A stretch of 64,000 bases of DNA from Tubulanus polymorphus (lineage: Eukaryota; Animalia; Nemertea). Below the pieces are notes generated by a model that saw only the letters and a list, made by a program, of their open reading frames with translations, made no database searches and had not been told where the DNA came from. A program made the translations under genes and the position numbers. Position 1 is the stretch's first letter. Every line of letters begins with the position of its first letter. The DNA is taken from NCBI RefSeq assembly GCF_964204645.1, contig NC_134036.1, forward strand, positions 4,370,600 to 4,434,599. The letters are read 5' to 3'. Positions 13,776 through 26,095 of the stretch are shown one piece after another.

Positions 13776-14496
13776 TATCGTCACCACAGATTTAGCGCTT
13801 TTATCAATGATAACTATAAGCCATGACTGACCCCTGAGGCGTTATTGCTTCAGACATATTGCAAAAACGTCTTGACATTATTCATAGCAAACCATCAAAC
13901 CTACGATTCATTATATCAAACAATCAAACCAGTCCAACAACGTGATAACGTTTACCCGATACCAGCCGGGGTCAGTGCGCAAACAAGCGCGGAGACCGCG
14001 GTACAAAGCAACTTCTCGAAACTTACGGTTTAGCGTGAAGATGTTGTCAAACATTAGCGGGGGGGGGGTGTTTACCGGGCGGGCACGCGACAACCAAAAC
14101 AGAAAACAATGATATCCACGCGAACCGCGATCGCTATCGTATTACGGTATTGTGTAAGTATTTAATACCACAGCTGATTGTCGGTAATCGCGTTCTCACT
14201 CGCCGGTTTCATTAGGTTAACGACGTCTTTGTTCTCGTCGGTTGGCACCTGCTGGCGGACAAAGGATATCGTTCGGCCACCGGGAATGCGAAGCCCGCGG
14301 AGAGATTTAGCGACTTTGCCTTAGAGAAGAACAACGCGCGAACACCTGGAAAATCGGGCGTCGATTGTATTTATCAGTGTAAATCACAATCAGTCGTGTA
14401 AATCAGGGAAGTACACTTCCCTGTGAAAATAGAGAAAAGAATGCGGGTCGAAATTTATTTTAACTATGGTTAAGATGGACCCATTCGAGTTGAACG

Positions 14497-14660
14497 GACG
14501 CAATAGGTTCTCGGTGAACCCCCTCTCCGCACAGCTGTAGCAGGAGAGCAGCGAGTAGAACAGACGCAATAGGTTCTCGGTGAACCCCCTTCTCCTCACA
14601 GCTGCAGCGGGAGAGCGGCGTGTAGAACAGTCGCAATACATTCCTGGCGAACCCCTTACA
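14497..14660 (+). repeat. 66-bp minisatellite family, ~2.5 units
   Basis: Matches the 9240-9700 unit. Confidence 0.92.
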
Positions 14661-15559
14661 GCTAGGTCCGCTAGCTAGGCTATTTTGGTCTTAATTCAAG
14701 GCGTGGTCGCCACACTGGCGGTGTCACACCTGCCAGCGAACTCAATTATTTCTAATCAGGCGCTGTGTGGTCATTGCAATTAACTTTTGGATTTGAGTGC
14801 TAATTCCACGTACACGACGTTCTAGCACCAGTATGACATCGGTGTATGAACATTCCGCACGCAATGTCTTAAAATGAACTCAAAATATCTCCAACCCGCT
14901 TCCCGCGTGCTACTGGTATCGGCGATGCAAATTTAATAAATTTATACCTGCCCGACAGCCTTCTTGAAAATAACAACTCGATTACGGCTATTTCGGGCTA
15001 ATTATATCCCGACGTCGTCTCTGTAATTTTAGAAAATCAAAACATAGAAACATCACGGCATATTCGGCAAACCTCAAATCTAAAAATGAACGAAAATCAT
15101 ATATAATCAAGAAAATATAACGAGGTTCGGTCTATTCGTACGAAATGTCGTAGTATATTCCTCTTAAAATAGACGTTTATCGGCGGATTTTTACTCGCGA
15201 AGACGACAACTGAAGCTCGTGGCGGCGATCAATCAACATTTCGTTGACGAATTGTGACAAGTCATTCTGAGGAAAACGAACGATAATTGCCGTTTACGAT
15301 TTCTATCTACCGTAATTACGATTTTTTTTTGTGACGTCACGAAAAAATCGTCACGTTTAAGCGACACTTGTATAACCTTCTTTTCCTAAGTAACCTTTTT
15401 GTGAGATCCTTTTCCTTTCAGTTCGTCACGTTTTTTCGAGGATAGTCCCGGTCTCGAGTAGATGAGTTGTTTGGTTTCGCTACTTATACGAATGGCAGGG
15501 TTCTTGCGGCATTTTTTTCGATACTATATATGGTTCTCAATAAGAAATCTCGTATAAGA

Positions 15560-16175
15560 TTTGCGGTGTTTGTATTTAGCTCGTTTTCGTGAAGTTCTGA
15601 ACACTGTCTTGTGAATTGTGGACGATCAGTTTTTAAAGTGTGCTGATAAAATGTCTAATGTCTGGTGTTTGTAGATGAAGCACTGAACACATGTGAAGTG
15701 TGGACGATCAGTTTCTGAAAGTGTGCCGAAAAATGTCTACTTTCTGGTGTTTGTATTTCATTTCCAATTACAAATGTCTCAGATGAAATACTGAACACAC
15801 GAAAAGTGTGGAAGTCTCTGATTCTGATATCAGCTTCTGATAGTGTGCCGATGATAATGTATGTCCTGGTGTTTGTAGTCCATTTTTTTAAAGAAAAATG
15901 ACTCCGTCGAAACGAGGAACTCTTGTGAAGTGTGGTCGATCAGTTTTTGAATGTGCGCTGAGAAAATGTCTAATAGCTAGTGTTTTAAGTTCATTTCCGA
16001 ATAACAAAATGTCTCAAGTGAAGCACTGAACATAAGTGTTGACGACCAGTTTTTGATTTGTGAAGTTTGCTAAAAAAAACTCGTCTAATATCTTACGCCT
16101 CAGTTCATTCTCGTTATCGAATAAAGATATCTCAGGTGCAGCGGTGAACACACCAAGTGTGGACGATTAGACATT
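15560..16175 (+). repeat. ~110-bp diverged tandem repeat (GTGTGGACGATCAGTTTT...TCTGGTGTTTGTAGTTCATT...GAAGCACTGAACAC)
   Basis: ~5 units; same family at 20190-20520 (-) and 21030-21475 (+). Confidence 0.85.
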
Positions 16176-17373
16176 ATGTAAAAAGTATCTGACAGCGGGG
16201 GGGGGTCCAGGTTGCAGACGAACACCCATTACGCATAACGACGATGCATAAACGACGAACGCAGCGCGTTAAAATCGCGAATACATCAAATACATATTTC
16301 ATACTCAACGCCAGCAATGCGCATTAACACACAAAGCCGCGTCGAATATAATATAGCGTCAAATCTCAAAAGACGAATATCTCCATCTTCTTCTTCGTCG
16401 TCGTCGTCGTCGTCGTGGCGATGGAAAAAACGGGTTGCATAACCATCTGCTTAGAGCCGAGAGACGGAGAGATTCGGTTACCATAGTAACGCGATCGTCG
16501 AAGCTATACGGAAGACAGTGCCGGACTGAGAAATGGCTGACGGACGTACTAATTAGCCCCTTGAACACGCGCGTATCGACGCAGAATCTCGGCCGTGGCG
16601 CGTTTATTTCAAAACGAGTTTCTAACACGTTTTTCTTATCGCCGCAATCCGGCGGCCAATTAATATCGCCGCTAATTGGGCGACGGTGTTGGTCGTGCTT
16701 GTATATAAGAGCGCTCCAGTCGCGGTGGTCGTCGCGGCCGCAATGGACGAGTAATTAGTCGGCGTGTGAAAACGTGTGAAAAAGAAGTAAGGAAACAATT
16801 CGACGGTAATGACTTACCCGTCGAAGAAAGGAACTAAGATAACGGCGAAATATAGGGGCTCGCTAAAAACCTACTTCTCGATAATTATTTTCTACCAGCG
16901 AAAAAGGCGATACGGAGAGCGCTGATATATCGAAAAAAAAACATGAGAAAAACTTATTTTATAGAACTTTTTAGACAAAACGATGTGACATAAAGGTAGG
17001 AATGAACCTCAAAGAAAAATATCAAGAGACGTCATTTCTAAGTGCTTACGTCACAAAAGGCGCTAAATGTCGAAAATAAAGGGCTGCCCGTACCTATGGC
17101 TTAAGCTGCTTCACCACGCCAAGTTGTGAAGATGATGCAACTTGCACATCGCGAGGTTACCCCGAAATAAAACACTTTTCTTAAACATGTTAAAATTCCG
17201 AGTCGAATCTGAATGAAAAATAATCGGAATTTACACTTAAATTCCTAATGTTTTTTGGAACACTTCGTTGATTTAGAATTCACTAAATAAAATGACGTCA
17301 CTTAGTCTAATACGGTTCGAATAAATATGAGACCAGGGAGACCCTGAGGAAGCGTAAATGCAGTTACGAAGAT

Positions 17374-17462
17374 ACTGGAGTAATAATCGGAATTCCGACG
17401 ATTACTCCAAGCAGTGACGAAGATCTTGGAGTAATCATCAGAATTCGGACGCTTACTCCAAG
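17374..17462. mobile_element. Two tandem copies of the CTTGGAGTAATC palindromic micro-element; the second (17425-17462) has 7-bp TSD CGAAGAT
   Basis: CGAAGAT at 17418-17424 and 17463-17469. Confidence 0.8.
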
Positions 17463-17596
17463 CGAAGATAGAAAGCGACGCGTTACTATATCATAAAAGC
17501 CCAACGCACACGACGCAGGGAAACTCAGTAACAGGAGACAGAAACATTCGTTTCGCTGTTTCGTGCGCGTAATTGGGCTCGGTAAACGGCTCCTAC

Positions 17597-17705
17597 CTTG
17601 ACGCGGCGTCCAGTTGGCGCCGGCTGCTGTGCAACACGTGGTATCGATAACCTGGTCTGTCGCCGCTCTCGTCGTCGTCGCCAACGCCGCTACAACCGAG
17701 ATCAT
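17597..17705 (-). CDS. Candidate first coding exon, MISVVAALATTTRAATDQVIDTTCCTAAGANWTPRQ; product unknown
   Basis: ATG at 17705 with an upstream in-frame stop, donor CAAG|gtagga (phase 1), and a TATA-like element ~310 bp upstream. Confidence 0.35.
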
Positions 17706-17984
17706 AACCGCAGCACCCGGCCTTCCAGTGACTAACGACGAAAAAATCGACGATGACGACGAAGTCTCAGCCCCGTGTATCGTTTTTCATTCGTTTTTGA
17801 GTCAGACGAAAGCGACAAGAGCGGGATACCTGATACTCGTGTGCCGCATGCAAATGTTCGGCCACCATTGCCGAGGAGAGCGAGAGGGAGGGAGAGAGGG
17901 AGATACGTCAAAAATGGATACGTCAATTCTAAACCAAAGCGACAACACCACCGCCGCCGACACCAGAAGAGCCCTTCGCGAGCA

Positions 17985-18105
17985 GACGCCAGTCAGGCCG
18001 AGGAGAATGAGTTATATAATATCGGATTTTGTGTCGGTTGGTAAGATTGTTTTTTTTTGTTCTACCTTCTGATGCTGCTGCTGCCGCCGCCGCCGCCGCC
18101 GCGAG
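17985..18105 (-). promoter_or_regulatory. Candidate TATA promoter for the minus-strand transcript
   Basis: TATATAA on the minus strand at ~18011-18017, flanked by GC-rich (GCC)n and CT-rich leader-like sequence. Confidence 0.3.
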
Positions 18106-18550
18106 GGAACGCGGTTCATACATATCATAGACGATAGATTTAAACCGGCGATCCATCGCAGCACGTGCCGAGAACGATAGCTACGACAGGCTACCAGACC
18201 GAAGACTCGGGCTAATCCTACTAGCGCTATTCACGAATCAAGCGACTAGGAGTGACTTCCGATGAACGACTTCGACGACTATACCGGGCGACGAACGTGC
18301 CAACATTCGCCCTGCAGTTGTTAACCAATTCTAATTAGTAGCCAGTCTAACGAGACCAGTCCAAACCACTTTTTCAACCGAAATCAGAAACAACTGCACG
18401 ATTGGCCCTTATATAGGTTTGATGTTCCGGAGTGACGACTTCCGAGACCCGAGACCCAAGAGATAAAAGATAATGATTTACATAAGTGACTGTCTGTATA
18501 TAATTCGATAGAAACAACCCATAATATTAAAGAATAACTTAGATTAGAGG

Positions 18551-19079
18551 TGTGACGGTTTCAGTGTTTCCTTTATTCATTAATTAATTAATTTATTAAA
18601 TGATTTACTCTTGTGTGAGTGATATTGGTTTTATTCTGTATGCATTTGCTACTATGTATTCTCCAGCGGTGGTGTCGTCGTGTGTAAGTTGCGTCATGGT
18701 CTTCGGGTTTTCATTATGCGTGTATTAGGCATGGGTGGGTTTGGTTACGTATCGGGTAGGATTTGATATGGCGGGATTTATGAGTTTTCGTACGTGGCAG
18801 TAGGCTGTGCAGGAATACAGTGTTCAATTCGATCTTTAGTTCACGGAAAAGCAGAACAATAAGATCATAGATAGTGGGCCGTAAGTAATATATATAATTA
18901 ATTTATTATAGAGTTATTTATTTTTATTCGTTATATCTTATGTCGTGTTATTTATTTAGTTCTAGTGTGACGTTGTAGTGGAATGAATAAACGTGTGTTT
19001 TACGTGGAAAAGGATCTATGCAATTCGTCTTCGATCGTCGTCAATCGTTGATCAGTGCTCTGGCATCGAAATCGTCACG
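18551..19079 (+). mobile_element. Probable solo LTR
   Basis: Starts TGTGACGGTTTC and ends GAAATCGTCACG (10/12 inverted match), flanked by AGAGG/AAAGG. Internal TATATAA (~18890) and AATAAA (~18985). Confidence 0.5.
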
Positions 19080-20189
19080 AAAGGTAGGTTCAGTTAGCTC
19101 AAAGCTATTTCTTAAAAAGGTAATTGCAGATGTGTACATTGACTATCTAGATAACGATATAGATTGGTTGGAGGTTTTTTTCTGGAGGCCACATCACGGT
19201 TATGGCGGGGGTGCTTTACTTTGATGTGACAATATTCTTAGGTCGTAAATAACCCCGGAAAGGTTTCTAGCATATTTCAAAATGCGAATGATTACAGTTA
19301 CAGTAACAGTAACATTAAGTGATGGGCCGCTTTGGCGATCTTAACACTGCTTAACGATACACAGTTGTTAGATTTTGAAGTTAATGCACAATTGCCGAGG
19401 TATCATTAGCGTCTGTATAGTTTTTATATGTAGTCTATATTACAAGGAGGCATTAGATTTAATAAAAGAAAATCATATGAACGCACTAATTTATGGGTGG
19501 CCATCCCCGCCAAAAAGACTAACTTTCGTGTTTGTGAAAATGACGTCAGTGCGTGTAAACGTCAGCAGGTATCTCAAATACAACGAGTCATTTACAGGTT
19601 GATAACCATTTCATTATTTGCCGTACGAGGTTTTGCAAAATAGCTTCATCTGAGTGAGCCATAAGTTTTGAAACTCGAAACTCGACCACACAGTGTACAG
19701 ACAGTTGACGAAACAAAAAAAAAATGACGAAATAAAAAAAAGCAAAAATGTAAATTCGTTTCTTCGAGACGGAACAAGTCGACCGGATAGCGCGGCGTTA
19801 TTACTATTCATAGCGCACCTGTCAGCGATAATGCATCAAATCTGTTCGCCGTGTACAACACAGCGCGCGATCAAAGCCATCCATCTTCTCGCGCGCTATG
19901 TATAATTGAACGCCGAGATGAGGAGGATGTGACGCGGCTGATGTATCGACGGCGCATGGTGCGGAGCGAAGCAGGACCGAGCGTCGCCGTCGCCGTCCAG
20001 CCGCCAGGGCGCGTGTTGGCTGATTTTATGTCTTCGTTCTTGAGATATAGGGATTGACCATGTAATTATTTATTTGGTCGATTTGATTTGTTTTGCGGAC
20101 GAATTTACGCTATTATGATATCACGCCAATAGCAGCAGCCACAGACTTTGGATACAACACCCCCTAGCAGATTCCGATCGCCCCGGTCG

Positions 20190-20520
20190 CGAAACGTGTC
20201 CAGGACTGTCTACTCAAACGGTGCTTATGAAAAAAATTAGACGATCGCCCGATCTCGAAGTTTGTTCAGGACTCCACCCGAGATATTTTAAATTAAAAAA
20301 TGAACTCTATTACAAACACCAAGATACTAGACATTTTGTTAGCATACTTCCAAAAACTGATCGCTTCAAATGTGTTCAGTACTTCATCTGAGTTAATTTG
20401 AATTAGATACAAACAACAGATATTTGACATTTATCAGCTCACAAAACTGATCGACCTGATTAAAATGTGTCCAGGGCTTCACACGAGACATTCTTAATAA
20501 AAATGCACACACCAGATATA
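20190..20520 (-). repeat. ~110-bp repeat family, inverted array
   Basis: Reverse complement of the 21030-21475 units. Confidence 0.75.
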
Positions 20521-20780
20521 CAGGGAGTCTCAGAACATTTTTGTGACATTTTACATGTCTTTTAATTTAAAAAAAATAGGTCTCCAAAAATACAACGACA
20601 ATTCCGAGAGTCGGCAGTTCATCGAGACAGTAAATCGATACCACCTCACCGAGACGACGTCGATATAGCCTTTAATAACCGGGTTAACGACATCATTAAA
20701 TTTCCTGTGTTTATCAGTGAATATGATACGGATGACACCGCGGTCGAGGGCACTAGAACGATATACGATAACAATTACGA

Positions 20781-20850
20781 AGCAGCAGCAGTAGCAGTAG
20801 CAGCAGCAGCAGCAGCGGCAGTAGCAGCAGCAGCAGCAGCAGCTGCAGCC
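20781..20850. repeat. Imperfect (CAG)n tract
   Basis: Direct reading. Confidence 0.9.
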
Positions 20851-21029
20851 AAATAGCCAAATCAAATCAATTACACTGTATATCATTAGATCGAGGAATG
20901 GAATTGTGGCGATGGTTGGCGAACCATTTGACCTCACTCTACCGATGTGGAAACCGCAAGCAACCCGTTCCAGACGGTCATTATTATACTGATTCTGGTA
21001 TGATCGCTCGCTTGGCGATGCACCGATAA

Positions 21030-21475
21030 AATGTCTTATGTCTGGCGTCTGATTTTGAATTTCAATCAAAAATGTCTCAGGTGAAGGACTGAACACACGT
21101 CAAGTGTGGGCGACCACTTTTTGAAAAAGGTGCTGATGAGATGTCTAATGTCTGGTGTTCGTAGTTCATTTTCAATTAAAAATGTATCGGGTTAAGTCCT
21201 GAACACAAGTTTTTGAAAGTGATGATAATGTCTCTAATGTCTGGTGTCTGTAGTTCATATTCCATTAAAATCTCTTGGTAGAAGTCCTAGAAACATGCAA
21301 AGTGTGGGCGAACAATCTTTGAAAGTGCGCTGATAAAATGTCTAATATCTGGCGTTTGTAGTTCATTTTCGATTGAAAATGTCTCAGGTGAAGCACTGAA
21401 CACATGTGAAGTGTGGACGATCAGTTTTGAAAGTGAGCTGATACTGTCGGTTATTATGTCCGATGTTTGTAGTCG
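21030..21475 (+). repeat. ~110-bp repeat family, ~4 units
   Basis: GTGTGG(A/G)CGA recurs at a 109-bp spacing (21302, 21411). Confidence 0.88.
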
Positions 21476-22084
21476 TTTGCGATATATTGTCCGGCTTCAG
21501 AGAACTAATCAAACTGCATAGTCGAAGTTTACCAAAAACGTAACTGCAGTGGAACTGGGTCCTAGTAACTTGTAGTTTATTATTGTGTATTTTATTATGT
21601 GTATAGGTAGATAGATTATCGAAACGGGTATGAATATCGATGACATGCGGTCTACGGGAGCGGATAATATGCTCATAACTTACACAACGCGACCGCCGTC
21701 AGAACCGCGAACGTAGCACAAGCGGTAGTAGCAGCAGCAGCAGCAGAGAGCCAGAGAAATCGTGAGGTAATTTATTTCAGTCAATGTTTGTTTGATGACT
21801 CAAATAGGAACACCTCATCAAACGACGGAGGAAAATCGGCCGACGACGGTTTCGCGTCCCGAGAACGTAATGAGATTCGTTTCCGCGGCGCGTGACTGGA
21901 ATCGGTGATATCTCGGCCGCCACCGGGGGGTCTATATACGAACGCTAAGAGTTGTACATCTAGTCGCGTTATAACCATTGACGGAACACTCATGGCGAGT
22001 GCTGAGAGATGATAATTCATCAGCTCCAAAACTAAGAAATAAAACCTTTCCGAATTGATTGCTTGAGTATAGGTAACGCAGCGC

Positions 22085-22230
22085 GTTGCAGCTACACTCC
22101 CGCTACAGCTCTGAGGAGAGGGGGTTCACCGGGAACCTATTGCGTCTGTTTTACTCGCCGCTCTCACGCTACAGCTGTGAGGAGAGGGGTTCACCGAGAA
22201 CCTATTAGTCCATGCCACTCGCTACTCGAC
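22085..22230 (-). repeat. 66-bp minisatellite family, ~2 inverted units
   Basis: Matches the reverse complement of the 9240-9700 unit. Confidence 0.88.
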
Positions 22231-22615
22231 TACGAGGGGACGAAGTCTCTAGCTTTTGTAGTCACCGCTATTTCGACGACCGTTAGCGAAAGCCACGCTA
22301 TTTCCATTTCGCATCAACTCACGCTGACGGGTGAGCCTAATCGAGGCGGGAAATTCATACCGAAACGCCCGACGGTCGGCGTCACTGTCAAAGTACTATA
22401 TAACATACAATCGCTGTTGACATTACGAGCGAAGTTTCCCTTCTCTCCTCAAATTATATTACGTAGAATTCTTTGCTCAGCGGTTCTCTCTGCCTGTCTC
22501 TCCCTCTCTCTCTTTTTAAATGATGGATCACGTTTCTATTCATTACCCGCGCGCACCGATACCCGGTATCCGCATTTTCACCTGACACGGATTCCGGAAA
22601 CTCTTGACTTGCTGG

Positions 22616-22880
22616 CTGACTAGCTGGGGAAACTGAATGACTGACTGGCGGACTGACTGACTGACTGACTGACCGACTGACTGACGGGCGGACTAACTGA
22701 CTGACTGACTGACTGATGGAATGACTGACTGAGTGACTGAGTGACTGACTGACTGACTGATGGACTGACTGTCTGACTGACTGACTGACGGGCGGACTAG
22801 CTGGGGAACTGACTGACTGACTGACTGACTGACTGACTGACTGACTGACTGACTGATGGAATGACTGACTGACTGACTGA
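22616..22880. repeat. Imperfect (GACT)n microsatellite
   Basis: Direct reading. Confidence 0.97.
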
Positions 22881-23813
22881 ATATTTCTTCATCTACTTCG
22901 TTCGCTAACCTCCCGACGTTCGCGTCGTCTCGTCCTTTCTCTAAGATCGTCGATACGCCTTACCGGTGTAACCCCCTCCCCGTCGCTCGCTCGCCGCTCT
23001 CGATTATTGATGAGGCCATACGGCGAATAATCGACGCGATTAATCACTGCCTTTAACGAGCCGCGGAATTTATTACCCCTATTATATCGTCACTGATAGA
23101 GAGACTGCTGGCGGTCGCCGGGTAGTTATCATCTATATTTAGACGTACGGACAATAAGTCGTTTCGAAAACGGAGGAGACTCTCGTTCGTCGAGAAAGTG
23201 AACGTGGAATTTTTAAGGTCAACCATGAGCCGCAATAGGTAATAATAATATGACCGAAACTTATATACCGAAATGTATATATTCTAAGTTTCGATCGGTT
23301 TTAAGAAATGTACCGATTGCCTGTATTCCAACATTCGTTCTAAAATTACCACTCTGGATTCTGACCATCTATTTCTTCCCCCCTCAGATATTTCAGACCC
23401 TCAAGTTTACTAGACGGCCCTTTTAAGGCAATCGGTATAGAACTTTTTAACTTAAGATGAACATAATTGCGGGGCATTCATTTTCTGACGGCTGACGGCT
23501 GGCGGCAGGGGATCGGGCGGTGCGGATAAAACAGAATATGGCATTTACCCGATGATTTTTTGAAGATCCCGCGCCATGAAGAGTGAATCAAGGACTGGCG
23601 ATAAATTATACCGGAAATGTGGGACCGTGTGGTAACACCAGATATCCCTACAGATGGCGCAATGAACGCTCGGTTGTTACGTCATCAAAATAAGCTCATT
23701 ATACCGATGATTTTTTTATTTTTAACCAGGTCAACTATTGACGCAGTTTTCCGCTGGTTTAGCGTCAGCTCGACCGGGTTCGAGTAAGATCAGTTCGCTT
23801 TTGCCTTCTTTAG

Positions 23814-23904
23814 ACGGAAAAGATGGACAAGTTCACGAAACCGACCGAATGCAGTAAACCTCGCCGAACCGGGGACGAACTGGGACAGGCGGCATCGCTA
23901 CGGG
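23814..23904 (+). other. Candidate 91-nt plus-strand exon (coding status unknown)
   Basis: Acceptor ttcgcttttgccttctttag| and donor GGG|gtaagt. Confidence 0.35.
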
Positions 23905-25104
23905 GTAAGTCCATGATTTTATGTATAGGAAAGGACGTTAGAAAGTCCGAAAAAAATGATTTCGCTTTCGCGAGTTAAAAGCCCGAGTTAGCGATGCCCG
24001 AGTTAGGAGAGGTTTACACCGTAATAATGAATATTGTAGAATAGTTAGATAGTAAAAAACACACACATACCTGATCGTTTCGTAGACAGCGGAACAAAAT
24101 ATGAAAAGAGAAGAAAAAGAAACATGCGTTAGAAAAAAACATATTGACGGCATTTAGTTTTATCATCAAGTTTTGGTCAAAATAGGGAGCAAACAAAAAA
24201 TTCTGTAAATATTGATCACATCACTATATCTGTACGTCGATTTCCGATTTCGAAATGAAACCCCCTGTTTCGCTCCCGGCTGGTGTGTTGGGTTCGTAAG
24301 GGACACCGAATCATGAAAAAAAATCAAACGAATTTAGAGCATTGCTCAATATTAACTGAGAAATTTTTGTAGAAATTTCTGATCGCACGACCTAAATCGG
24401 AATAATCGAGAAAACAAGTCGGCGTTGCGAGGTTTCTTTCCAAAGGTGTTGCCCGACAATCTGAAAGGTGGAAGTTCGTTTGATGTTGTCGTCAGAGCGC
24501 GATATTTATGTTTTTCTTCGTTTTTTCCTGACGACTGTACTCGCACCGCGTCGACTACAAAGTTATATGGAAATCGTAGAATTACCCGGCGATTAGATCG
24601 GCGTGCCCGAGCGCCGAAAAGAAAAAACTGCCACCGCGCGACCGGCACCGTCGCCGATGACGACGATTTGGACGGCTTCCCGCGCGATAACCGAGATTTC
24701 GAGAAAGAAAAGCCGCGGCACCGCGCCGTCGTTTGAAGAGGGTTGCGCCGCGAAAATAAGATGATAAAAAAGAGACAGAGAGAAAAAAAAAACGAAGAGA
24801 CGCGCGCGGGAAAACCTTTAAGTTATCCGACGAGTCGGCGAGTAAATAAATCTAGCGCGATTACACGAAAACAGATCGCGTTCCACTAATGTTATTATAC
24901 ACAGAATCCCACTACCTCGAAAAACAAGTTGACATTTGAAGAAGAAGCTAAAACCGGTTCTACGCGTAGAAAACAATGTCCAGGTCGCTATTTAAGCGAT
25001 TCAGTATTTTTTGCGTGTCCGATTTCATGATCGAGATTTTTGAGTACATGAAAATGGCTTTAGTATTATTTAATATAATAACATTCGTCGATCACGAAAA
25101 GTCT

Positions 25105-25262
25105 AAAAACAAACTCGATAGCGAGTAAACAAATATTAACGCGAGAAAACAAATATTTAGCGCTAGAAAACAACTTATTTTGTTTTCTCGCCCGAAATAT
25201 TCGTTTTCTCGCGTTGATTTTTGTTTTGGCGTGGCGAGCAAACAAACTTTTTGTTGTCTAGA
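25105..25262. repeat. Small foldback built from ~20-bp GCGAGAAAACAAATATT units
   Basis: Units on the left are mirrored by AATATTCGTTTTCTCGC-type units on the right. Confidence 0.6.
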
Positions 25263-25901
25263 CTAAAACGATTACACGCATTCGAAGCGTTGCTGTCGTC
25301 GTTACCATTTTTTAAATATCGAATATTCAAATTATTATCGATTTGCGGTCTATCGCCACACATCCGCGCGCGGGATTTTTCTGTTTGCCCGCCGGGTCTG
25401 GTGCGGTGTCGATAAAATCCGAACGACAAAATGATCAAAGTGGCCGCGACATCGACGACGACGACGACGACATCGATACCATCGAGGAAACGCGAGCCGA
25501 CTCTCGCCAGGAACCCTAAACTAACGACTTCCGCGCGCACGTCAAGGCAACCTCTAAACAAACCACGACGTCGAATCAGGCACGCCGAGACGTGACTTAG
25601 CCATCGCTACGATTAGTCTTCGTTTAGGTAATGATGAAGTTTTTTTTGCGCGCTCCGCTGTCGTCGTCGTCGTCGTCGTCGTGAAACTCGTGCGTGCCCC
25701 GATACGACACGGAGCGCATCATCGCATTCTGATCGGTGAAGGTCGCATCGACGTTGACGTGACCTGACACCCGCCGACGAGAAATCGGACGAGGCGATTA
25801 CGGGCTTAACCGACTTAGAGTCGTCCGCGGTAAGACTAGAAAACTTCGTTCGAAAAAAAAATCAAGCGATATTTTGAAGAAAACCTATATAATCAGTACT
25901 G

Positions 25902-26095
25902 TATAGGTTAACTATTTATTTGACGCACGAGCTTTCGCTTCTAATGAATAGAAGCTTCATCACTCATTCACCTGATGAAACTTCTATTCATTAGAAGCGA
26001 AAGCTCGTGCGTCAAATAAATAGTTAACCTATAGAGGTACTACTCGTCTCGTTACTTATTTTAAACCTGGTTAACACGGCTAGTTTAGGAATATT
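25902..26095 (+). mobile_element. Penelope-like terminal fragment with inverted duplication (61-bp arms 25902-25962 and 25973-26033)
   Basis: Near-perfect palindrome (1 mismatch, 10-nt spacer) carrying a hammerhead core followed by AATAAA and a T-rich tail. Confidence 0.75.
25969..26009 (+). ncRNA. Minimal type I hammerhead ribozyme motif
   Basis: CAC-CTGATGA-A-[ACTTCTA ttcat TAGAAGC]-GAAA-GC-TC-GTG: conserved core, stem II, palindromic AGCT helix III, short stem I. Confidence 0.7.

Noticed and set aside
17614-18072. 152-aa + strand ORF with a signal-peptide-like start
   Set aside because: Starts at TTG and runs through GA repeats; the splice donor and TATA evidence favour the minus strand.
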